The position numbers and the translations under genes are program-made. From a virus (taxonomy: Duplodnaviria; Caudoviricetes), in IMG/VR virus record IMGVR_UViG_3300011439_000016, positions 1 to 60,889 of that record: a DNA stretch of 60,889 bases, one strand, 5' to 3'. Below are positions 1 through 10,900 of this stretch, in pieces. Position 1 is the stretch's first letter; every line of letters begins with the position of its first letter. Under the pieces are notes generated by a model that ran no database searches, was not told the origin of the DNA, and saw nothing but the letters and a program-made list of their open reading frames with translations.

Positions 1-2
1 CC

Positions 3-407
3 CCCAGCTGTCCGATCAGCAACACGCAGCATAAGATCTCGACGTAGCCGCAGATGAAGAACGGCGCAGACGTCAACAACATTCCGCCGGCACACGACCT
101 GCGTTCGGTCATCACCGCGATCAATCGGATGGGCAGCGTGATCAACAACATCACGCGCGGTGCGCCGCAGGTGAACAACTACTACCCGACCGGCGCGAAA
201 GGCATCCCGGATCCGGCACCGCCGCCGCCATTCCCCGGTTACGACGACGTCAGCTGGAAAGAGGCGGGCCGGGAGTACGGCACCGAGGTGATCTACGCCC
301 CGCACAAGGACCACAAGGGTCAATCGATCGAGATCAAGGTCGTCAAGCAAGCGAAGTGGCGCGAGGAAATGAGCGGGCACCAGCTCGTCTACAAAGGCCG
401 GAACTGA
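3..407 (+). CDS. Tail-associated hypothetical protein, CPIS/IPxAxDL paralog 1 (5' truncated by window; in-frame TAG at 45-47 upstream of ATG 54)
   Basis: Frame 3 reads PSCPISNTQHKIST*PQMKNGADVNNIPPAHDL; shares motifs with the next two genes. Confidence 0.6.
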
Positions 408-865
408 TGCCAATCTATTTCGGAGAGGTTGCGCCGCACTGTCCGATCAGCCGCGACCAGCCAGTCGGCCCGATGCAGACGCCGTCGATCCGCGTGCGCA
501 CCAACATTCCTCGTGCGCACGACCTGGCGTCGGCGATCGCTGCCGTCAACATTCTGCGCAGCATTGTGATCCAGATCACATCGGACCGAACCATCAACAA
601 CGTCTACACCAAGTCGCCGCCGAAGCAGCCGAAGCCGGACCAGGACAAGACGATCGACAAGACCAGGCTGGCGCGCTGGGTCGAGCGCAAGGAGCTGCGG
701 GTCAAGAGAAATTACAAATACATCGGCACCGACAAGAACGGCAAAGAAGACGACGAGATCTACGCCATCATGGAACGTATCGAGGTGATGGTGTGGTACG
801 ACCGGGCCTGGAAGGGCTATCTGGTCTGGCGCTACGGCGACAAGGGTGAAGGCACACCGGCATGA
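407..865 (+). CDS. Hypothetical virion protein, CPIS/IPxAxDL paralog 2
   Basis: TGATG overlap at 405-409; APHCPIS...NIPRAHDL...TINNVY. Confidence 0.75.
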   Translation: MPIYFGEVAPHCPISRDQPVGPMQTPSIRVRTNIPRAHDLASAIAAVNILRSIVIQITSDRTINNVYTKSPPKQPKPDQDKTIDKTRLARWVERKELRVKRNYKYIGTDKNGKEDDEIYAIMERIEVMVWYDRAWKGYLVWRYGDKGEGTPA

Positions 866-1956
866 GCAACGGCAACGGCAGCGTTGCGCCGCACTGTCCG
901 ATCAGCCACAGCCAGGATCCTTCCAATCCGCGCGGCACCGCGCCGACCAGGCTGCCGGCGATCCCGATCGCGACCGACCTGCCGTCGCTGATCCGTGCCG
1001 TCAACATCATGCGCGACATTCTGCGCAACATCACGACCAGCCTGACGGTCAACAACACCTACCTGCCGAGGGCGCCACGGCAGCCCAAAGTTTACGGCGA
1101 CAGGAATTACACCATCTCGCCGTTCCCGGACTGGTACCAGGTCGAGATCGAGAACGAAGCCGGCTACGTCGGCAAGGATCCGAAGGCGCGCGGCTACGTC
1201 GAGCGTCTGCACAAGGTGGTGTTTCGCAACAACGAGCGGGACGACGACAACCTGTTCAAGTGGCTCTACAAAAAGCCGCTGACCGGCAGGGGAGAGAGTA
1301 GCGTCGAACCGTTTAAGGAGGACTTCTTCGAACGTCTCGTCAAGGTGAAGTGGAAGAAGGAAGAGCCGAAGAAGTCTTATTCCGCAACCTGGTTCTGGAA
1401 CATACACTGCATCGGCAGCAACACTCCCATTGAAAGCGGCTGCGCACCGTGGGAGCCGGTTCCACCGGGTACAGGAAATTTACTTTTTGCACCTGATGAA
1501 TTCACCAAATGGGACAACCCAAAAATTACGCAGTTCGGCCAGGCTACGAATTTTATTTTGATCGGTAAGCCGGTTGGTTCTGGCGGCGGGTCTTCTAATA
1601 ATCACACGTCAGGGTCGTTGAACCCGCACGGTGATATTTTTAACCCAGATACAATAACTGTTATTGGAGAACATATATCGGTCCCCGTAACGGCAGTCCC
1701 TCTTGAGGGACCACCCAAATGCTGGGGCAGCGGCCCCTATCCGCCGGAGGGGATTTGGGCGTATTGGCATGTGTTCTGCAAAATAGCCTTAAGTTGGGTG
1801 CGGGTGCCGATCGGGACGGTGTCCATCGATGCCAGCGGCATTTCGGCAACCACGCTGGAAGGCAGACCCCTCAAAAAAGTAAGAACCGAAATATCTGTGA
1901 GCGGTCGCGCTCAGGGGGGAGTGGTCATCGTCTCTTTCGAAGAAGAGGACGATTAA
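862..1956 (+). CDS. Hypothetical virion/tail protein, paralog 3 with extra lower-GC C-terminal domain
   Basis: ATGA overlap; APHCPIS...IPIATDL...TVNNTY; composition shift after about 1370. Confidence 0.75.
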   Translation: MSNGNGSVAPHCPISHSQDPSNPRGTAPTRLPAIPIATDLPSLIRAVNIMRDILRNITTSLTVNNTYLPRAPRQPKVYGDRNYTISPFPDWYQVEIENEAGYVGKDPKARGYVERLHKVVFRNNERDDDNLFKWLYKKPLTGRGESSVEPFKEDFFERLVKVKWKKEEPKKSYSATWFWNIHCIGSNTPIESGCAPWEPVPPGTGNLLFAPDEFTKWDNPKITQFGQATNFILIGKPVGSGGGSSNNHTSGSLNPHGDIFNPDTITVIGEHISVPVTAVPLEGPPKCWGSGPYPPEGIWAYWHVFCKIALSWVRVPIGTVSIDASGISATTLEGRPLKKVRTEISVSGRAQGGVVIVSFEEEDD

Positions 1957-1959
1957 CCC

Positions 1960-1974
1960 TTAACCATTTCTTAG
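1960..1974 (+). promoter_or_regulatory. CtrA-type box (TTAA-N7-TTAG) upstream of internal virion protein operon
   Basis: ttaa ccatttc ttag; same spacer type as boxes at 42697, 51537, 54612. Confidence 0.6.
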
Positions 1975-2034
1975 CAATTTGCTGCCACCCTGACCGAGGC
2001 TGGAGAGGTCCAGCCGTTTCCGGGGTCTATCAGC

Positions 2035-4605
2035 ATGGCAGGTTCATCCTCTAGCCAAAGCACCGGTCACAGCGAAAGCCGCTCTGACACCTACATCCCG
2101 GAATATTCCGAGAGTCCGATCCTGCGCGAGATCGCCCAGCACGCCAGGCGGATGTCTGACGTCGTCTATCAATGGGGGATGGACACCTACAACAAGAACC
2201 AGGGCAACATCGACAGCTTGATGCGCGATGCGTTGAGCTACGCTTCACCGCAGCGCATCGCCGTCGACATGGGGATGGCGGAAGCCGGCGTGATGCAGGC
2301 CGGCGAACGCGGACGCTTGAGCGCGATCCGCGATTTGGAATCCTACGGCATCGATCCCTCAAGCGGGCGATATTACAACGAAGACGCATCCAACCGCGTG
2401 ATGACCGCAGCCGCCGCAGCGGGTGCCGGCAACCAGCAGCGCATGGCGTCCCAGGCCGCCGGCAACGCGATGCGCAACCAGGCGATCTCGGCCGGCCTGC
2501 AGAACGCGCAATTCGGTGTGGCTGCCGGCGAGAGCGCCAACCGCTATCTGCAGACCGCTTCGTCGCTGAAGTACCCGCCACTGGGCCGCACCTCGGAATC
2601 GACCAGCGATCAGCAGAGCACCAGCCAGAGCCAGTCGGGCGATGGTGGCGGCGGCAGCAAATCGCAGCAGCCGAAGGAAGAGAAGCCGCAGCAAGAGAAG
2701 CAGGGCGGCGGCGGCGGCGGGCAACCGCGGCAAGCTGCCGACCGTGGCGGGGGCGAGGGCAAGGAGCCGCCGGGTCAAAGACCACCGCCACCGCGGCCAG
2801 GACAGGGGCAGGAGCCGCCGCTCGACGTGGACACTGGCGCGGGCGCGCAGTCGTTCGACGAGGAAGGCTTTATCGATCGGTATCCCGGCTCCGAGGTGTT
2901 CGACAGCGAGCAGGAGCTGCCGCAGGAGTATCCGGGGTCGGAGGTATTCGACAGCGAGCAGGAGCTGCCGCAGGAGTATCCCGGTTCTGAGGTGTTCGAC
3001 AGCGAGCAGGAACTGCCCGGTAGCGAGGCTGTTGCTGACGACGGCACCATGGACCCCAATGCGGGTATCCCGCCATCCAACGAAGTCGCTGGTGAATACA
3101 ATCCGTATGGCGGCGACGAGAACGTGGCCCCAGGGGCGTTCGATCCGAGCACCGGAATACCGACCAGCCAGTACGGCGAAGACCCGGAAGCGCAGGTCGC
3201 CGAAGCCGACCCGGCAGGCGCCGTGTACGGGTTGGGCGACGACGGCGGCTGGAGCAGCGACATCGTGCCGGCCAGCTACGAGGCTCCGCAGTTCGGCGGC
3301 GACCAGACCTGGTCGGACATCGGCCAGGGCGCCACCACCGGCGAATTCGACTCCACGTACGACGCCTACACCGACGACGCCTACGGCGACCTCGGCACCC
3401 TGGACGTGCCTCTCGATGAAGGCGCCGGTGAGTGGGACGACACCGGCTACGGCGACGAGATCGATGCTGGGTACGGCGACTTCACCGACGATTTCTACGG
3501 TGACATCGGCGACTACGACGATTGGGGCGCCGACGAAAGCTACGACGACCCGTACGCCGGCTGGGGTGAGGAGGACTACTACGACGATTGGGGCGGCGAC
3601 GAGGAATACTACGACGAGGGCGACTACGGCGAGGACTACGGCGAGAGTTACGACGACCCGTACGCCGAATGGGGCGAGGACGACTACTACGAAGACGCCT
3701 ACGGCGACGAAGGCGGCGACTACGGCGAAGAAGACTACGACTACGGCGAAGAAGACTACGACTACGGCGAGGACACCGAAGACTACGGTGACTACGAAGA
3801 CACCGACTACAGCGACACCAGCGAATACTACGAGGACACCGACTACAGCGACACCAGCGGTGGCGGTGGCGACTACGACTACCAGGACGATGGCAGCGCC
3901 GAATACGAGGACGCTGGCGGCGACTATGGCGGCGACTACGCCCGTGGTGGCCCGGTCAAAGCAAGGAGACGAAACATGCAGCGCCCCGGTGGCCCGCGCC
4001 CCCCACGCCGCCCGATGACGGGCTATCGCCCGCGCCCGCCGATGCGGCGCCGGCCCCCGCCAGGAGGCGTGCCGGCCTTTGCGCGCGGCGGCTCGATGCC
4101 GCCCCCGCCTCCGGGTGCCGGGGTGCTTACCCCACCGCCGCCGCGACCCGGTGGCCGGATGCCAAGGCCGCAGCAGGCGCCGCGCCCACAGCGCGGTGCA
4201 CCGATGCCGGCACGGGGTGGACCGCGCCCCACTCCGATCGGTCGCGGGCCGCAGATGCCCGGTAATTTCATCTCGGCCAACGGCATGCCGGCCCCGACCA
4301 CCGGCGGGATGCAGCGCCCGCAGCGCATGGCCCGAGGCGGATCGGCAGGCCGGCGCCCGGAGCCGACCCAAGGCGGGTTCGTGTCACACTCGCTGTCGCC
4401 ATCCGGCGGATCGAAGGTCGACGACGTCAACGCGCGGCTGAACGCCGGCGAGTTCGTGATCCCGAAGGACGTAGCGCATTGGAAGGGCAAAGAATTCTTC
4501 TACAAAATGATCGCCCAGGCGCGGAAGAACCGGTCGGGGGGCGGGAAACCTGAACAGGCCCAAACCGGCTACAGCGGCGCGAGCGGCATGCCGGGGGGTA
4601 TGTGA
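2035..4605 (+). CDS. Internal virion (ejection) protein 1, low-complexity D/Y-rich and R/P-rich blocks
   Basis: 856 aa; C-terminal DDVNARLNAGEFVIP motif of the kind seen in phage internal/tape-measure-like proteins; ARGG motifs; position after tail genes. Confidence 0.65.
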   Translation: MAGSSSSQSTGHSESRSDTYIPEYSESPILREIAQHARRMSDVVYQWGMDTYNKNQGNIDSLMRDALSYASPQRIAVDMGMAEAGVMQAGERGRLSAIRDLESYGIDPSSGRYYNEDASNRVMTAAAAAGAGNQQRMASQAAGNAMRNQAISAGLQNAQFGVAAGESANRYLQTASSLKYPPLGRTSESTSDQQSTSQSQSGDGGGGSKSQQPKEEKPQQEKQGGGGGGQPRQAADRGGGEGKEPPGQRPPPPRPGQGQEPPLDVDTGAGAQSFDEEGFIDRYPGSEVFDSEQELPQEYPGSEVFDSEQELPQEYPGSEVFDSEQELPGSEAVADDGTMDPNAGIPPSNEVAGEYNPYGGDENVAPGAFDPSTGIPTSQYGEDPEAQVAEADPAGAVYGLGDDGGWSSDIVPASYEAPQFGGDQTWSDIGQGATTGEFDSTYDAYTDDAYGDLGTLDVPLDEGAGEWDDTGYGDEIDAGYGDFTDDFYGDIGDYDDWGADESYDDPYAGWGEEDYYDDWGGDEEYYDEGDYGEDYGESYDDPYAEWGEDDYYEDAYGDEGGDYGEEDYDYGEEDYDYGEDTEDYGDYEDTDYSDTSEYYEDTDYSDTSGGGGDYDYQDDGSAEYEDAGGDYGGDYARGGPVKARRRNMQRPGGPRPPRRPMTGYRPRPPMRRRPPPGGVPAFARGGSMPPPPPGAGVLTPPPPRPGGRMPRPQQAPRPQRGAPMPARGGPRPTPIGRGPQMPGNFISANGMPAPTTGGMQRPQRMARGGSAGRRPEPTQGGFVSHSLSPSGGSKVDDVNARLNAGEFVIPKDVAHWKGKEFFYKMIAQARKNRSGGGKPEQAQTGYSGASGMPGGM
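2881..3021 (+). repeat. 48-bp tandem repeat x about 3 (YPGSEVFDSEQELPQE)
   Basis: Directly visible in DNA and translation. Confidence 0.95.
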
Positions 4606-7600
4606 TGATAACCGGCTACGGTGGCCCAACCGGACCCGGCACCCCGCCGGGGATCCCCTCGATCGACGGCGCCAACAGCCCTGGCAGCGGCATCGAAGGC
4701 TCGAGCGGCGGTGACTTTGGCCCCGGCATCGGTTACGCGCGCGGCGGTCCAGTGCGCCGCAAGCCGCGCCCGAGGCCGCGCCGACGCCGGTTTCGGATGC
4801 CGCGCCGCGCGCTGGCGCAGCGCCCCGGCATGATGCGCCGCCGCCGGCCGCGCCCGATGCGGCCACGGCCGCCGGGGCAACGGCCGATGCGGCCACCGAT
4901 GCGGCAACGCCGCCGTCCAACCGGCTACGCCGAGGGGGGATCAGTCAACCCTATGCTGATGTCGGTGTCGCTCGACTCGCGGTCGAAGAACCCGATGCAT
5001 TACGCCGAGGACCGTGAGGCGTTAAGCGGACGGCCGGAGGGCGCCCCCGAGGCGCCCGACGCCTACGGCTATGAAGCCGGTGGCGAAGTGCTCGATGACG
5101 ACGATTGGGAGGATGACGCCGAGGTTGCGGAAGAACCTGCCCTGCCGGAGGAGCAGGTAGAGGCGGAAGAGGCTGAACTGCCAGAGGAACCCGACGAACC
5201 CGAAGCGCCTGATGAGGCCGTCACGCAAGCCAGGGGACCGGCTGCGGAAGAGGGTGAAGAACTGGAGGAAGACGAAGCCGGTGAAGGGGGGCGGGAAACC
5301 AGCCGGGGAGCACCAGCGGAAGAGGGAGACGAAGAAGGCGGGGGCGGTGCCGGCGACGAGCGGGCGCAGCGGACCGGGTATGGGCAGGCGGCTGAAGACG
5401 AAGACGAGCAGCAAGAGGCCCCGCCGGACGACACCGGCTTCGATCAGCAGGCACCCCGGACGCCGTCCACTCCGCTCACGGAGGTGCTCGACTACACCCG
5501 CAAGCAGCTGGGCGTCGGCCAGGAGCAGCAAGGCGCCCCCGCGCCCGCACAAGCAGCCGCAGCACCGGCACCGGCGCGCGATCAACTCGCTGACGCCAGC
5601 ATGGCCTCTGCACAAGCCGCGCCGTCCGGGGTCTCCGGCACCACCGGCGGTGATCAGACCGAAGCGGTTGCGGAACCGACGCTACCGGAGCCGCCAGCAA
5701 CGCCTGAAGCGCCCGCCCCGCAGGTGCCGGCACCGCCGCGCCAGACCGCTGCGTCCACACAGCCGTCAGGCACCCAGAGCGGTCCCGGCAACATGCAGGC
5801 GGTGCAGGACTACGTGTCCGGCAAGGGCGGCATGCCGCCGGAGCAGATGACGGAGCTGCTCGACCGCACCAACCAGACCAACCCGAGCCTCGGCCAGAAC
5901 GGCGCCATCCACCAGGCGTTCAAGAACCTGGTCGACAAAGGTGACATCGACACCGCGTCCAAGTTCGTGCAGGCGCTGCGGCCGTCGTACGACAGCGTGC
6001 GCGCGCTGATGATCGCCGCCACCGAACAGGGTGACTTCGCCGGCGCGATGCAGCTGGCCGAGAAGCTGAACAACCTGATCCCGAACGGCGACGAGACGAA
6101 ATTCACGCAAGGCCCGGACGGCAGGATCGTCGCGACCATCCAGCCTGATGACAAGCCAGCGACCCAGCACGCCCTGACGCCGGAGCAATTCAAGCGTTAC
6201 GCTAATTCGCCGCTCTCGCTGTTCGACCACACCGCCGAACAGGGGCTGGACACCAACTTCACCATGTTGACCGGGCAGCCGGGGCAACCGGTGCGGCAGG
6301 GCCGGACCCAAATGGCCAGCGCGAACGGCCCGATGCCGTCCGACAGCGGGCGGCTGACGATGAACGACGCTTCGCCGGTCGGCACCGGGTACCTGAACCC
6401 GGAAGGTCCGGGCACGCCGCCGCCGAACGCTCCACCGCCGGACCCGACGATCGCCCAGCGTATGAGCGGTCCGCCTGGTCCAGAACGAACCGCGCAGGCA
6501 GCACCTTTGACGAGCGGTGCGCCGTCCGCCTCGCCGACCCGGCAAGCGTCCGTGCCCGGTTACCAGCAGATGGCCGATCCGACCCAAGTCCGGCCGGAGC
6601 ACCGGGCCTACGAAGACCAACGCGCGCGGATGCGCACTGGGTACCATCACCAGCAGGAGCTGCCGCCACCGCAAACCGGTGGGGCGCCGCAGACCGCAGC
6701 GCCAGGCAACGGCCAACAGCCACCCCGCGTGATGGGCGTCGGTGCGAGCGAGCAGGCAAACCGGCGCGGCATCACGGTTCACCCGTCCGGCTACGACCCC
6801 TCGGGTGCTCCGGCCTTCAGCACCCGGCGCGTGCCGGGTTATGGCCCTGGGCTTCGGGAGCAAATGGGTGATCCGGCTTTCTCGGATCCCAACTACAAAT
6901 ACCCCGGCGGCCAGCAGCCGGTGTATCCATCGACGACACCCGGCGGACGTATTTCAGCCGAACACGCGGTCAGAGAACGGCAAGCGCAGCCGGATATCGG
7001 CGGACGGGCGAACAACCAGTACGGCGCCGGCCAAGCTGCACCCGCGTCTCCTGGCGTGCTGCCGGAAGTCATCGACTCCCGTGGCCGGGTTATTCACCGG
7101 GGCGGACAGCCGGCTTCAGACCAGCAGGCGCTGACGAACCAAAATCTGCAGCCAGCAGCCCAAGACTCGCCGGAGATACGCGCCTGGAAACTGGACATGC
7201 ATGCCTGGAAGGCCTTCCCGTACAGCAACCAGGACAAGGAGCGCGGGAAGTACCGGCAGGCGCTCGAGCTGCAGGAGCGCAAGGCGGAAGTCACGCGCGA
7301 AGGCAACCGATTCAAGCAGACACCGGAGCAGCGTGAGCAGATTGAACGTCTCAGGCAAGACGAAAACACCCGGCGCAACAGCGACCGCGTCCAGGCACAG
7401 CGTGACGCCAACTGGCTGACCAACGTCACCCGGATGCAGTCCGCTGCGGTGCAGGCCCAGGCTCGCGATCTGGCTTCCCGGCGCAGGGCCTGGTCGGAAG
7501 ATTTGAAGAACAGCGGCAAGCCGTTCCCGATGTCGGAGGAAGACACGATATTTATCGAGCGGTTGCGAACCCTCAATGCTCCAGGCGGCGTCGACTACAC

Positions 7601-7901
7601 CCGGCCGCAAACACCAGAACCGGGTGGACAGCGCGCGCCTGCACCGGCCGCGCCCGCACCAGCGCCGCAAACACCGGGTGCAAATGGAGCGACTCCTGCA
7701 GCGGCTCGACCGCAAGCCACGCCGGCTGCAACTCCGCAGCAACCGCCACCGTGGCCGGAAGGCACCGATCCGAAGACCTACCGTGGCGACACACCTCCGG
7801 GCGGCAAGCAATTCCCGCCGGACTCTCCGTGGGTATGGAGAACCAAGAAGTCGACCAAGGAATGGTCCATCCAGCCTAAGCAACCAGCACCGGCGCAATA
7901 G
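4602..7901 (+). CDS. Internal virion (ejection) protein 2
   Basis: 1099 aa, overlap-coupled, low-complexity, YARGGPV/YAEGGSV motifs. Confidence 0.6.
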   Translation: MMITGYGGPTGPGTPPGIPSIDGANSPGSGIEGSSGGDFGPGIGYARGGPVRRKPRPRPRRRRFRMPRRALAQRPGMMRRRRPRPMRPRPPGQRPMRPPMRQRRRPTGYAEGGSVNPMLMSVSLDSRSKNPMHYAEDREALSGRPEGAPEAPDAYGYEAGGEVLDDDDWEDDAEVAEEPALPEEQVEAEEAELPEEPDEPEAPDEAVTQARGPAAEEGEELEEDEAGEGGRETSRGAPAEEGDEEGGGGAGDERAQRTGYGQAAEDEDEQQEAPPDDTGFDQQAPRTPSTPLTEVLDYTRKQLGVGQEQQGAPAPAQAAAAPAPARDQLADASMASAQAAPSGVSGTTGGDQTEAVAEPTLPEPPATPEAPAPQVPAPPRQTAASTQPSGTQSGPGNMQAVQDYVSGKGGMPPEQMTELLDRTNQTNPSLGQNGAIHQAFKNLVDKGDIDTASKFVQALRPSYDSVRALMIAATEQGDFAGAMQLAEKLNNLIPNGDETKFTQGPDGRIVATIQPDDKPATQHALTPEQFKRYANSPLSLFDHTAEQGLDTNFTMLTGQPGQPVRQGRTQMASANGPMPSDSGRLTMNDASPVGTGYLNPEGPGTPPPNAPPPDPTIAQRMSGPPGPERTAQAAPLTSGAPSASPTRQASVPGYQQMADPTQVRPEHRAYEDQRARMRTGYHHQQELPPPQTGGAPQTAAPGNGQQPPRVMGVGASEQANRRGITVHPSGYDPSGAPAFSTRRVPGYGPGLREQMGDPAFSDPNYKYPGGQQPVYPSTTPGGRISAEHAVRERQAQPDIGGRANNQYGAGQAAPASPGVLPEVIDSRGRVIHRGGQPASDQQALTNQNLQPAAQDSPEIRAWKLDMHAWKAFPYSNQDKERGKYRQALELQERKAEVTREGNRFKQTPEQREQIERLRQDENTRRNSDRVQAQRDANWLTNVTRMQSAAVQAQARDLASRRRAWSEDLKNSGKPFPMSEEDTIFIERLRTLNAPGGVDYTRPQTPEPGGQRAPAPAAPAPAPQTPGANGATPAAARPQATPAATPQQPPPWPEGTDPKTYRGDTPPGGKQFPPDSPWVWRTKKSTKEWSIQPKQPAPAQ

Positions 7902-7903
7902 CC

Positions 7904-10900
7904 ATGGCTGACACCGGCTACAGGCCATACGGGGTGCGTTGGGACCGGCTGCCGCAGGCCACGAATATTGATGACCGGCGCGGACGTCCGATCGGCACAC
8001 CAGAACAACACGCAGCCATGCAGCGTGCTGCGGAGCGTTATTGGGCCGGAGAAATAAACGGCGCGGAATACACGAACATCGTCCAGCCCATCAGAGAAGC
8101 TTTTTACCACCAGCAGCACCCCACCGCGGTCGGCAGGGCCTGGGACACCGCAACTCGAAATCTCGATAAGGGGTGGACCGCCATTGACGATGCCACGCGC
8201 AGCTGGAGCACCCCACTGTCCAGAGACGCCGGCATCGACGACATCAACATCCGGCAACAAGAGGTTCCCGTCGACACCGCAACGCTATCCGACGGCATGA
8301 ATTCAGCTCCGTCGGATTACACCGGCGACTACGAGAGCGGCGACTTCAGCAGAGAAGAGTACAGCAGCCCTTACGAGCGCAGCACCCAAGGCTATGACGA
8401 AGCCGGATTCGAGGACGAGTCGGGTGCACCCAGCTACGACGAGGCCGGGTTCGAGGAAGATGAACCTGGTTACGAATACACGGAAGATCCACAGCAATAC
8501 ACAAACCCGGTCGAGCAATCGTCCTTCGACGAGACCGGATTCCAGGAAGAACTCGAGGCGTCGAGCTACGACGAGTCCGGGTTCGAGGATGCCGAGGGTT
8601 ACGCGGAAGGCGGCGAGGTCGAGGAGGATGAGTGGGAGACCTACGTAGATCCCCCGCAGCAATACGCCCAGTCGGCGGTCGGCACCGGGACGATGACGGA
8701 CGAAAGTCCCGAGCAGCCCGCGCCCAAACCCGCAGACGAGTGGGAGACCTACGTCGAGCCGCCCGAAGAAGCACCGCGCGTGCCGTCGATGTCGGATACC
8801 GGAGACGTGTGGTCGGGACAGGAAGCGCCCCCGCCCGTCCAGCGAGCCAGCGACAACGAGTGGCAGGACTACGTCGAACCCGACACCCCGCTGGGAGCGT
8901 TCAGTCGCGAGGTTGCTAAGGGCCTAGGTCCAGCAGCTGCTGGATCTGTTCTCGGCGCAGGGACCGGAGCCGCGCTTGGTGCCGCCGGATTCAACCCGGT
9001 CACCGTGGTCGGCGGCACCCTGATCGGGGGTGTTGCTGGCGGCTTCGGCGCCGAGGCACTGCAGGAAAAGGGCCTGCGGGCGTGGGGCGCGCAAGACGAT
9101 GCCGCGATCCGCCGCGCCAACGAGGAAGCCCATCCCTGGTCGACCTACGGCGGTAAAGCCATCTCCAACATCGCGGGCGGCGCTGCCGGTTTGGGCAAGG
9201 CCGCCATAACGACCGGTGCCAGGGTGCTTGGCGGCGGTATCGGCGCGGCCTGGGAAGCCGGCGTGCAGATGTACCATGGCCGGCCAGCCAAGGAGGCGCT
9301 CCCCGCGATCGCCTCCAGCGCCGTTGGCGGCGCGGTGTTCGCTGGAAAGCGCCCGTGGAGCCAGTGGGGAGAGACACAAGGAGCGAAGATCGGCGCCCGC
9401 TTCGCGCCAGCACCGCCGCCCGCACCCGCGCCGCCGATCCAACCCGCCGCGCCACCGCCGGATCAGGGGCAGCTGCCGTTCGGAGATACCCAAGCTCCCC
9501 CACATCTCCCCAAAGCAGGCGGGCCGCAGCAAGCCCAGATCGGTGGCGGCGAGGCGCAACCCGCGCTGCCGTTCGGTCAACCGGCACAGCCAGGTCGGCC
9601 GGGGGTCAGCCGGCAGCCGGAGCTGCCGCTTGAGCCACCGCCAACCGTCGATGCGCAAGGCCAGTACGGGCTGACGCTCAACGCGCCGCACCATGCCAGC
9701 CGGCACAGCCCGGACTCCACACCGGCTGGAGCCGGTAGCGCCAAGGAGCTGCCGCCGCCACGGGAGACCCAGTGGCCGGCGGTGCCGGACAGCGCGCGGC
9801 CCAGAGAACCGAACGCGCGTCCGCACAGCGCGGTCGGCGAAGGCCTAGCGCAGGAAGCCGCCGGTGTGGCGCCGCGCACGGCGGCCGGCATCCATGTCCT
9901 GCAGCCGGGGCAGATGGATCCGACGATCCAGGCCGGACTCAGGCAACCGACGGAAACCCTGCCGGTCCCCCCGCGCACGACGTTCGAACCGCCGCGCCCG
10001 CCATCACGTACGCCACCGGCACCGGTCGTGGAGCCGCTGCCGCGCAGCCGGTCACTGACGCACCCCAACACCAGGACGACGCAAGGCGTCACCGAACCAC
10101 CAGTCCCCGGCGGACACACCCGGATGTACCAGGGCCGCGGTCAGCCGCCGCGCGAGTTCTCGACCGATCGCGCAGTCGCGCAGCGGTACGGCCAGGTGAA
10201 ATACACCGACGTCAAGAACGACAGCATGCCGTTCTTCAAGCCCGGACGGCAGCAGGGACAGTACGTCACCGACAATCCGAACTTCCGGCAGCGGGCGCAG
10301 CCGGTCGGGCAGATCCAAACACAACCGCCAGGTGGGAGGAAAGCGGCGCCTGCGCCGGACGCAACCTCGCCCGCTGCCACTTCACCACCCGCTGGCGGCG
10401 CACCGCCCGTACCACGAATGTCCACGCCGGAGATCGACGCCGCGATCACGCGGGCGGTCGGACCGGGCGCGGCAGCTGCTCCAGCTGCGCCCGCGCGCCC
10501 CGCTGCGCCGCAAGCCCGCCAGGCCATCCTGACCACCAAGGCCGGCAAGCGCCCGGTGCGCGTCTCGCCCGACCCGCCGCGCAAAGGCAAGGACGGCCGC
10601 GAGTACCAGAAGGTCACCTACAAGGGGAAAGACTACTTCGTCCCGGCCGAACAGCTGACCATGAAGCCGCCGCCGAAGACCGACGCCGCGCGACGGGAGG
10701 AGTCGTTCAAAATCCTGGCGGACATAGACGCCAGAAAGAAAGCTGGTCAGGGGCTGCCGGAGCATCCGGCAGAACCGTCCGCCGACATGAGCTTCATCGG
10801 GCGCGAGGCGCTGGCGATCGCCAAAAAGATCGAGGCAACCGGACAACCGGACGCCAAGAGTTTTGTCGCCGGCATGCGCGCCGCAGCACACACCAACCGG

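Noticed and set aside
1370-1956. Diversity-generating retroelement target in tail gene
   Set aside because: No reverse transcriptase or template/variable repeat pair found in the window
2881-3900. Repeats resembling a CRISPR array
   Set aside because: In-frame coding repeats without unique spacers; no cas operon
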